Shown here: in pieces, positions 40,601 to 52,600 of the stretch | Numbering within the stretch: the first letter of the stretch is position 1 | How the letters are laid out: every line of letters begins with the position of its first letter | Source: Candidatus Methanomethylophilaceae archaeon | Lineage (GTDB): Archaea; Thermoplasmatota; Thermoplasmata; Methanomassiliicoccales; Methanomethylophilaceae | DNA length: 64,000 nt | Direction of reading: 5' to 3' | Assembly (NCBI GenBank): GCA_050950505.1 | Contig: JBMNHS010000001.1 | Coordinates: 608,001-672,000, forward strand | Notes under the pieces: model-generated | What the model saw: the letters and a program-made list of their open reading frames with translations, nothing else | What the model was told of the DNA's origin: nothing | Database searches by the model: none | Position numbers and translations under genes: made by a program

Positions 40601-43600
40601 ACTCAGATCGGCTGGAACACCGCCGCCGACGGCTCGGGAACGTCTTACGAAAAGGACGGAACCTTCGACATGCCCGCAGACGACATCACACTGTATGCCG
40701 TCTGGAAAATCAACCAATACACCATAACCTTCGATTCCGCAGGAGGAACCGACGTCGACTCCATCGAACAGGATTACGACACGTCGGTGACGGCTCCGGC
40801 AGACCCGACCAGAACGGGATACACCTTCGTGGAATGGGATACGGAAATACCGGCAAAGATGCCCGCGACGGACATGACCGTAACCGCAGTCTGGAAAATT
40901 AACCAATATACCATAACCTTCGATAACAACGGAGGCGCCGGAACGATACCTGCGGTTGATAAGGACTTCGAAGAGACCGTCACTGTCCCGGCCTACGGAT
41001 TCACCAAGATTGGATATACTCAGATCGGCTGGAACACCGCCGCCGACGGCTCGGGAACGTCTTACGAAAAGGACGGAACCTTCGACATGCCCGCAGACGA
41101 CATCACACTGTATGCCGTCTGGAAAATCAACCGGTACACCATAACCTTCGATTCCGCAGGAGGAACCGACGTCGATCCCATCAAACAGGATTACGGCACG
41201 TCGGTGACGGCTCCGGCAGACCCGACCAGAACGGGATACACCTTCGTGGAATGGGATACGGAAATACCGGCAAAGATGCCCGCGACGGACATGACCGTAA
41301 CCGCAGTCTGGAAAATTAACCAATATACCATAACCTTCGATAACAACGGAGGCGCCGGAACGATACCTGCGGTTGATAAGGACTTCGAAGAGACCGTCAC
41401 TGTCCCGGCCTACGGATTCACCAAGATTGGATATACTCAGATCGGCTGGAACACCGCCGCCGACGGCTCGGGAACGTCTTACGAAAAGGACGGAACCTTC
41501 GACATGCCCGCAGACGACATCACACTGTATGCCGTCTGGAAAATCAACCGGTACACCATAACCTTCGATTCCGCAGGAGGAACCGACGTCGACTCCATCG
41601 AACAGGATTACGGCACGTCGGTGACGGCTCCGGCAGACCCGACCAGAACGGGATACACCTTCGTGGAATGGGATACGGAAATACCGGCAAAGATGCCCGC
41701 GACGGACATGACCGTAACCGCAGTCTGGAAAATTAACCAATATACCATAACCTTCGATAACAACGGAGGCGCCGGAACGATACCTGCGGTTGATAAGGAC
41801 TTCGAAGAGACCGTCACTGTCCCGGCCTACGGATTCACCAAGATTGGATATACTCAGATCGGCTGGAACACCGCCGCCGACGGCTCGGGAACGTCTTACG
41901 AAAAGGACGGAACCTTCGACATGCCCGCAGACGACATCACACTGTATGCCGTCTGGAAAATCAACCGGTACACCATAACCTTCGATTCCGCAGGAGGAAC
42001 CGACGTCGACTCCATCGAACAGGATTACGGCACGTCGGTGACGGCTCCGGCAGACCCGACCAGAACGGGATACACCTTCGTGGAATGGGATACGGAAATA
42101 CCGGCAAAGATGCCCGCGACGGACATGACCGTAACCGCAGTCTGGAAAATTAACCAATATACCATAACCTTCGATAACAACGGAGGCGCCGGAACGATAC
42201 CTGCGGTTGATAAGGACTTCGAAGAGACCGTCACTGTCCCGGCCTACGGATTCACCAAGATTGGATATACTCAGATCGGCTGGAACACCGCCGCCGACGG
42301 CTCGGGAACGTCTTACGAAAAGGACGGAACCTTCGACATGCCCGCAGACGACATCACACTGTATGCCGTCTGGAAAATCAACCAATACACCATAACCTTC
42401 GATTCCGCAGGAGGAACCGACGTCGACTCCATCGAACAGGATTACGACACGTCGGTGACGGCTCCGGCAGACCCGACCAGAGAAGGATTTGTTTTCATGG
42501 GATGGAATCAGACGGTACCTGAAATCATGCCCGCTGAGAACTTGGAGCTCCTTGCTATTTGGGAATATCCGATTGTCGGCGGTAAAGAAGGTATGTGGAA
42601 CAAACCCCTTAATGAATTCACTGTAACCGTGGAAGCGGATTATTCGAAATTCACAGGTCTGAAAATCGATGGAAATCCGGTCGATGAATCAAACTATTCC
42701 GTAGTATCCGGAAGTACCATAGTCACACTCAACCTCGATTATCTCTGGACACTTGGCGACGGGGAGTACGACATAGATATTTTATTCGATGATGGAAACG
42801 CGTCCATGATTTTGACGGTATTCGCAGATGCTAAAATCTTGAAGATTAAAGAACTTGACACACTTCTCGCCAAATACGATGAAAATGATTACGGGGAAAT
42901 CTACTGGACCGCTTTGTTAGAGTATGTAATGTCTGCGAAGGAAGAAATCTCAAATCTTGATGATATTGAGAAAGTGGAAAACTATGATACCAATGCCGTA
43001 GAGGGTAATTGTGACGACGTAAAGACTTTGGCGGAACTCAAAGGATCTTTTTTGGCTGCGTTGCAGGACGAGATAACCATACTGAATGGAACCGACGGCA
43101 TCCACGTTGCCTTGGTCGATGAAAACATAACTGTCAAGATTAAAGACAATGTATCTATTTCGGTGGTTTTTAATGCGGCATCTGAGATGGTCAACGCATT
43201 AAAGAACATCGTCGGTAACGACAGCACCTTGACAATCAACGGACAGGAATTCACACTTTACGATGATGGGTTGCTCCCGGCTCTGGTTACCGCAATTCTT
43301 AACGAAACGACACCCGAAGAATTCCTGGACAAAGGAGATCCCGTGTCCGTTGGTTATGCCGCCAATATTGCGTACGAAGATGCAAACATAACTCTCGACG
43401 GTTGCTTGAACTTTAAAGCAGTCGGAACAAGAGAGATGCTGTTGATAACACTGCAGACCAAAATAGACGAGCTGAACAAAACCGAAGGCATCAACGTTAT
43501 TTTGAATGTTGAAGATGCGGCGGTGGACATAGCGGTGGAGTTTGACGACAACGTACCGATTCCCGTCGTCCTTAATGCGGCATCCAATCTGGTTGAAATA

Positions 43601-46600
43601 TTGAAGAAAATTGTCGACCCGGAAGAAAGTACATTGAAGCTTGGCAGTAGCGACAAAACATTCACTCTCCTGGATGAGGGGTTGCTTCCCGCCCTGGTTG
43701 TCGCACTTCTTGCAGACACAACGCCCGAAGAATTCTTGCTGAACAAATTGGAAGTAAGCACCGATTACATCGCATCTCTTCTGCATAAAGACGAATATAT
43801 CCCGCTTGAAGGCAAGTTAAGCTTCAAGGTAATCGAAACTACATGCGAAGTGATTTTCAGAGATTACAACGGAAATGTGCTGAAAGAGGAAACCGTTATA
43901 TATAGAGAAGGGGCCACCCCCCCGAACAATCCCGACAATAAGAAAGGTTATCGTTTCATCGGTTGGGACACATCTTACGATTGCATATTGACAGATCTGG
44001 TAATAACCGCTCAGTATGAGATATGTCAGTACACTGTAACCTTTTACACCGACGGAGGCTCTGCAGTCGATTCGATAACAGAGGATTACGACACATCAGT
44101 GGAGGGACCGGATAACCCTGTCAGAGGCGGTTATATCTTTTACGGATGGTACAACTCCGAAGGCGAAGAGGTAACTTTCCCGTTCAATATGCCCGTCGGA
44201 GGTTTGAATCTGACTGCGATGTGGAAAATCGGAATATCCGTTCCCGTCGGTAAAGAATTGACTTACAACGGAGCGAATCAGCTCGGCGCCGACGGAGGAA
44301 CCGGATATACTTTGGAAACGGGCAAGAATCAAACCAACGTCGGTGATTACACAGTCACGGCTACGCTCAACGACGGTTACCTGTGGGTCATTCCCGGAGA
44401 AAATGGGGGTGATATGTACAGTATAGAACCTCAGGTCATTTCATGGAGCATAGTCAAAACCAAATTGACCGTAAAGGCCGACGATGTGACAGTGATATTC
44501 GGCAATGAACCTGTATACACCGTGACTTACATAGGATTGGTCGGGGATGACAGCGAATCAGCACTTGGAGGCAAGTTAACTTTCAACACGGGCTATGACG
44601 CGGATTCTAACGTTTACAAAGAAACATATGTCATAACGCCCTCCGGCCTGACTTCGCCCAACTACGACATCGAATTCATTTCCGGTACGTTGACCGTCAA
44701 TAAAATCAAGATTGATGTTCCCGCTGCAATTTCTGATTTGATTTATAACGGATCTGAACAGACAGGCGTTCTCGAAGGAGAAGGATACACCCTGACCGGC
44801 AATTACAAGGGAACCGACGCCGGCAATTATGTCGCAACCGTCACGCTTGTGAACGGTTACATATGGATTATTCCCGGAGAAAACGGCGGAGAGAACACAT
44901 ACACAGCCGATCCACAGGAAATCAACTGGAGCATAGGGCAGAAGAACATAGCCGGAGCCGTCGTCACCCTTGACGGCACGTCTCTGGTTTACACCGGATT
45001 TGCGATAAAGCCCGGAGTGACTTCTGTCACCCTTGACGGCAAGATTCTTGTGGCAGGCACGGAATACACTGTGTCTCACGGCGAGAACATCAACGTCGTA
45101 ACCGGCGGATCGGTTGTCGTCACCGGAGAAGGGAATTACACCGGAACCGTTACGGCAACCTTCGTCATAACCAAGGAGAAACTCACCCTGCCGGCGGAAA
45201 ACACGACACTGTTCATATACACCGGTAAAGAGCAAACATATGACATTTCGGGCTTCGACCCTGACACCATGGGCATCGAAAACAACACGAGAACCGAGGC
45301 CGGATTCCAAACCGTTATCGTATCCATAAAGGACAAAGCCAACTATGAATGGGCCGACGAAACGGATGACGATGTGAAATTCACGTTCACAATATCCCCG
45401 AAGGAACTGGACATCAGCGAAGAATTCGGATTGGTCGCTGTGGACCGGGTTTACAACGGAAACGATGCAGAATTCATTTTTGTGTTCATGGATAGGGTTC
45501 TTGATTACACTCTTCTGGTAAACACCGATTATACCGTGACCGTTACCGGCGTGAACGGCATCAGGGATGTCGGAACTGTGACCGTGACCGTTACCTCCGT
45601 GGATGGTAGCAATTACAGCGTGTCCGCGACCAAGGAAATCAATATCACTCCAAAAATCATTGAATTGGATCTGACCGGAGAAAACACTTCTAAAATCTAT
45701 GATGGCAAAGTTGCGGTATTCGACTTCGAATTTAATGTTAATTACCCTATATATACTCTGAAGGAAAACACAGATTACACAATTGAATTCCTCAGAGGCA
45801 GCTATGACACAACGGATTTCCTGAACGTCGGAACCATAACAGTGAACATAAAACCCGTGGACGGCAGTAATTACAGCGTGTCCGGAACCATGTCCTTTAC
45901 CATCCTTAAGGCGGAACTGACCGCGACTTATGCGGGAGAAACCGTGGAATACGGAACGACGCCCGGGCTGTTCGTTACGGTAACCGGTTTCGTCAACGGC
46001 GAAAACGAGACTGCGGCAGGATATGCCGCACCGTCGTTGATTAACACAAATGTCAACGCAGGCAAATATCAGCTGGCACCCTCCGGCGGAGAAGCCGACA
46101 ACTACACCTTCAAGTATGTTGAGGGACAACTCGAGATAACCAGAGTCAAGCTTGACAAGCCTACAGCGGATCCGACGGAATTTGTCTATACAGGCAATGT
46201 GCAAACTTACAACCCAATCGGTTTCGTCGAGAGCACCATGGGCATCGAAAACAACACGAGAACCGAGGCCGGATCCCAAACCGTTACCGTATTCATAAAG
46301 GACAAGGTCAACTACGAATGGGCTGACGGAACGAATGTCTGTGTTGCATTCGAGTCCTTCAATATCCTGAAGGCAGATTTCTCCGATTTTGAAGTCAATA
46401 TCATCGTTGATGATGAAGAACGCGTTTATGACGGAACGGCCAAGACGCCCGACGTCACCGTTAAAATTGACAGCAAAGAACTCGAGAAAGACAGGGACTA
46501 CACAGTGTCTTATGACAACAACGTCAATGCCGGAGAGGCCGCAAAGGTCATCATAACCGGTATAGGCAATTTCAAGGGATTCACGTCTGAGGTTTTCATC

Positions 46601-49600
46601 ATATCCCCGAAGGACATTTCCGTCACGGGAGCGAGCATAACCGGTAAATACACCTTTGTCGGGGAGGCCATAACGCCGAACCCCGTGTTCACGGACACTT
46701 TCGTTACCGAAAACGATTACTCCGCGACATATGACGACCCCATCAACGCAGGAACGGTTACGGTCACCATCACCGGAAAAGGAAATTATACCGGAAATAC
46801 AACCGTAACTTTCACCATAATGAAGAAAACCGTCACCGTCACTCCCAATGCGGGATTGTCCAAAATTTATGGTGATGCCGATCCCGAGCTGACTTATACG
46901 CTGGATGATGAAGACGCTCTCCCGTTCATAAAGGAAGGCACGGTTCTGTCCAGGGTCGACGGAAAGAATGTGGGTACATACGCGATACTCTTGGGAACGT
47001 TGGAGCTTTGCGGCACGGACAATTATGTCTTGGAATTCACTGTCGGAGTGACTTTCGAAATCATCCCGAAGCCACTGACGGAAGGCATGTTCGTCATAGA
47101 CAGTCAGACCTATACAGGTTCAGTCCTCACACCAATCATTATTTCCGATATCGATTGTAACGAATACACGGTCGCCGACATAAACCCTGTCGGGGCAGGT
47201 GATTACGTTGTGAGCATTTCAGCGGTGACCGACGGAAACTACTCCGGATCGGTTACGGTGAAATACACCATTGAAAAGGCAAAACTCACCAAGCCCGTGG
47301 AAGATGAAACGGTGTTTGTCTACTCCGGCAGTGAACAGATTTACGCCCCCAAGGGTTTCGATACCGGCACTATGAATATCCTCGGCAACAAGATGACCTA
47401 TGTCGGAACTCAGGATGTTACCGTTTCTATAAAGAATAAAGACAACTACGAATGGATCGATGGAACAGATGCCGGTGTAATCTTCACATTCACCATAAAA
47501 GAAAAGATTTTCGATTTCTCTGCGGCGGAAACGTCCGTCAGCGATACGAAATACACGGGATTGAGCATAACCTTCGACTTCGATGGCAAGTTTGTCGATT
47601 CAACCATTGATGAAGGATACACTCTCTTGGAGGGCAAAGATTATGTTGTGGAGTATACCGACAACAAGAATGTCGGAACCGCGACGATAACCATTACCGG
47701 CAAAGGCAACTACGAAGGAGCCGTTATTGTCAAATTTAAAATAACCCCTAAGGAAATCACCGTCACTCCCAAGTCCGGTCAAACCGTGGAATATACGGGT
47801 TACGCACCTGATGTGAAATTCGATTTCCCCGAGAGTTTCGGTACCTTTGAAGATTTCACAGGAACTCTGGACCTTGCAAAGGACGGTCAACCTGTCACTG
47901 TCTACAACGTCGGCGAGTACACCGTTGTCCTCGGAGATTTGAAGTCCACCGATCCCAACTATGAATTGGTGTTGGCAACAGGCACAGTAACATTCGAAAT
48001 AACCCCCAAGAAAATCATCGCCACTCCCGCTGCGGGTCAATCCGCAGAATACGGAACCGGTTTCAGCTTGGAATTCAGCCTTTCCGAAACAGGATTCACC
48101 GACTACGGCGGAGTTCTGGGTCTTGAAAAGGACAACAGTCCCGTCACCGTATACAATGTCGGCCAGTATGTTATCGTCATCGGAACTTTGGCGTCCACTG
48201 ACGATAATTATATGCTTATATTGGCGGAATCGCCGGTAATCTTTGAGATATTCAAGGCGGAACTCATCAAGCCTGCGAAAGGCACAACAGAGTTCATTTA
48301 CACCGGCGAGGAGCAGACCTATGACATTTCGGGATTCAATCCCGACACCATGGATATCGCTGGCAACAAGATGACCGATGCCGGATCCCAAACCGTTATC
48401 GTGTCCATAAAGGATAAGACAAATTATCAGTGGGCGGACAAAACGGAAGGCGATGTGACTTTCACATTCACTATAGGGGAGAGAAACATCTCCGATGTCA
48501 CGATAACCATCGACCCGAATGCGAATCTGACTTACACCGGACTTGTCATAGAACCCGGTATAACGGTGACGTTGGACGGAAATCCGTTCAATACATCCAA
48601 CTATAGCGTGTCCTATGCAAACAACATCAATGCGGGAACCGCAACGGTAAAAATTACTGCCAAAGGGACCAACTACGATGGAACTGCCACAAAGGATTTC
48701 GTCATATCCAAAGCGAAGCTGACGGCGACCTATGCAGGAGAGTCCGTGGAGTACGGAACAATTCCCGGTTTAGTCGTAACGGTAACCGGGTTCGTCAATA
48801 ATGAAAACGCTGGCAACGCAATGGGATATAACGCACCGAGGTTGACCAATTCAAATGTCAACGTGGGCAAATATCAACTGACGCCTTCCGACGGAGCGGC
48901 CAACAATTATTCTTTCGATTACGCCACGGGAACTCTAAGCATAATCAAGAAGAAAGTCAATGTTCTGATTGGAACTGGTCAGACTGCGGAATACACCGGA
49001 GCCGCACCGGCTATCAATTACGAACTGTCCGAAACCGTGGATACCACTGTCACCGGTACATTATCCATAGGTGAGGTTTACAATGTCGGAATTTACAATA
49101 TACTGATAGGAACGCTTGATGCCGGGTCCAACTATGAATTGGTCAGGCCGGAAACCCCTGTCACCTTTGAGATTATTCCGAAAAATATCTCCGGTGCCAC
49201 TGTTGGGGCAATACCCGATCAGACTTACACAGGATCTGCCATCATACCCGATCTTGTAGTGAAGGACGGCAGTAAGACTCTCACAGCGGGTACCGACTAC
49301 GAAGTTTCGTTCGCCGGAGGCGTTGACAATACGAATGTCGGAAACGTCGCGGTCACCGTCACCGGCATCGGTAATTACAAGGGAACGGTTGACGGAGTGA
49401 CGTTCTCCATAATTCAAAAGAACATATCCGGCGTGAATGTAACGGTAACATTCACGGATGGCGTTTATAGCGTCACCGCTATGGACGGCGATAGGACCTT
49501 AGAAGAGGATGTCGATTACGAAGTCGAAACCGCCGGAAACCCTCTGGTAAAGATAACCGTAAAGGGCAAGGGCAACTACACGGGAGAAGTATCCTTCGAG

Positions 49601-52600
49601 ATATACACAATATCATTCGTTGTTGAAAATGGAAACACAATAGCGGATATATACAATCTTCAGAAAGATGACGTTGTTACTCTCGAGAATCCCTCCAGGG
49701 AAGGTTATGAATTCACGGGATGGTATATCGATTCAGAAGGAGAAGAAGTCACAGGGAGCAATATATGGACTTTTGTCAATAAAGCAATAAACAATGTCAT
49801 AACTCTGACGGCGGTATTTGAGCCTTGCAAATATACCATAACCTTTGATTCTGCGGGAGGATCCACTGTTGATTCAATAACCCAGGACTACATGTCCAAA
49901 GTGAACGCCCCTGGCTATCCTGTCAAAACAGGTTATAATTTCGTTCATTGGAAAGATTCAGACGGAAACGAGGTAATCTTCCCCACAGCCATGCCTCTGG
50001 GCGGCATGAAACTTACTGCTGTCTGGTCAATCAACCAATACACCATAACCTTTGACACCGACGGAGGCTCCACAGTCGATTCGATAACCCAGGATTACGG
50101 CACGACAATCGATTCTCTCAATGACCCGACAAAGGAAGGATACACCTTTGCAGGATGGTACCCTATCGTGCCGGCAACCATGCCCGCGAATAACTTTACG
50201 ATAACAGCCTTATGGACCGTCAACCAATACACTATAGAGCTCAATCCCGCAGATGGATTCGTTATCGAAGATGGTGATGGATCTTATACTGTCAAAGGCA
50301 GTTATACCGACAACAGTATAGTAAAAGACGTTATAAATGAAATTCTGAGTGTAAGCATTCATTGCAACGATATCGACATATCAGATGTTTTCGATATCAG
50401 TTATTATGACATGAGCGGTAATGAAATCTTTGTTCTGGACTTATCCAAGGGCGGGACGACATTCATGATTCGGTTGAAGGCAACCCCGGATTCGAACGAA
50501 CACAGTTCATTCGGATGTTGGGTGATTTTCAAATACGGCTCGGTAACAATCGGCAAAGAAAGTACTGATTACTTAACCATCGAGGATGCTTTGGAACAAG
50601 CGAGTTCCGACCAGACGATAATCGTCAAATACAACACATCCTTTGCCGATGAGGATGTAGCTCTTCAGGTTTATGGCAAGACTGTATTTGAAGTGGGAAG
50701 CGGAGTTACATTGTTGTTGCCTTATGACGGTAATCTAAGAAGTGATTTCACCGATGCAAAATTAGATGCAGAAGCAGGGGAAGCGACAACACCTTCCAAA
50801 CGTGATGTTGCCTATGTAAAATTGAACGTACCCGAATCGATTTCTCTTGATGTTTCCGGAACACTTACCGTAAATGCGAAAAGAACACACAGTTCCACGG
50901 CTTACCAGAACATTGTATCAGGTAAAAATTATTCAGAATTAATACTGAATAGTGGCAGTAGGTTAAACATCGAACAATATGGTGTCCTTAACGCCATTGG
51001 TTTTATTTACGGAGACGGTCACATCAAAGCATCAGGGGGAGCAACCGTGCTCGAGACCATGCTCATAAGTAGTTTTAGGGGAGGGTCCGCATCACTTAGT
51101 TTAGGACTTGGCGGAAAAGTGTTTCCATTTGAACAATTCACTATTATAAATATAGAGTCTGATTTGATAATCGAGGAGGATGCCGTGTATAAAGCGCATA
51201 TATTCGTTTATGCAAGTAGTAAGTACACCGGTTCAGATGTGGATTTGATAGGCAACGGCGCCGATAGCATGTTATGTCTTTCCGAGGGACACATATTAAA
51301 AAAGTTTGATGCCGCAACCGGGAATTTGACGCTTGAGGTGGAAGGCACATGCAATTTACAAGATATTAATGCCAACGGTTTCTCTTCCAGCGGTCTTAAT
51401 CTACCCTTTGATGGCAGATGGCATATCGTTGTTAAGAGTGGCAGCGTTCTCAATATAAATTCTGAAGTCAGCTTACTGCCCGGTGCTTCTGTAGTGGTGG
51501 AAGCGGATTCGGTAGTCAATATCAATGGCGGTTTGATCGTGTTCAATCCGTATGAGTACATATATGCGGATAACAAAACATATAATGAATTCCCTACGCC
51601 CAATGCTTCACATTGGTATCGGATACAGCCCACATTAGGATATAAGAGCGACACGTCTGCCAAATTAGAGGTTTATGGTCAGCTCAATGTGAACAAAGAC
51701 GGATACATAGCAGGCAAAGTAGACGTAATGGCAGACGACGTTCTGAACATAGAAGAAGGTGCTGAAACTTCCAAGTATATTTGGTATGTAGGGGAAGTAA
51801 GTACTGTCTTCGAAAGAGCAGTAAAGTTATGGCTGGATGAAACCTATACCATAAGTGTTACCGTTGATAATCCTACTACAAAGGTAGATGAGACATTTTC
51901 CGCGGTTGTTACCGCTTTAGTAAAAAGCAAGTATGGTACACCCATTGCCAATAAGTCTGTTTCTTTCAGATTGCCCGGTGACGATACGGTATATTACGCC
52001 ACTACAGATGGCAAGGGTTATGCAAAAATAACCCTCGAAGTAACCCCATCAGAGAGTGGGTATTGCATCATTCGTGTAGATGTTGACGATAGTTTTGCTG
52101 AGGGTATTATAGAAGTAACGAAGTCCTCGGGTGGTGGCGGTAGTTGTTTATCACCAGACACACTCATAACTTTAGCCGATGGGACTCAAAAGCCCGTCGA
52201 GGAACTTACCGGAGACGAACTTCTGCTGGTTTGGAATATGAATACCGGTACATTTGATGTCGCGCCCATCATATTCGTAGATTCCGATCCTCACGCAGAG
52301 TATGAAATCATTCAGGTGAATTTCTCTGACGGAACGTATGTAAAAGTCATATACGAACACGGGTTCTGGGACTTCGATCTGAACCGGTACGTGTACATAA
52401 ACGACGACTGTCCGCAACAGTACATAGGACACTGGTTTAACAAACAAACCACGGACGCGGACGGAAATTTCGCGTGGACAAAGGTTCAGCTTGTTGACGT
52501 CGTGATTTATACGGAGTACACGACCGCATGGAGTCCGGTCACCGCCGAACATTTGTGCTATTACACAAACGGGATGCTGTCTATGCCGGGCGGCATCGCG

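Noticed and set aside
37949-42385. 1478-aa antisense ORF and the periodic 62-69 aa ORFs in the repeat array
   Set aside because: Shadow frames of the adhesin; a stop-free repeat unit propagates the open frame; no protein-like features
39041-42481. Possible CRISPR or other non-coding array
   Set aside because: Units are 417 bp, in frame and coding, with no unique spacers and no cas genes
52145-52585. Canonical splicing intein
   Set aside because: No terminal His-Asn followed by Cys/Ser/Thr and no endonuclease domain; treated as a Hedgehog/BIL-like Hint instead
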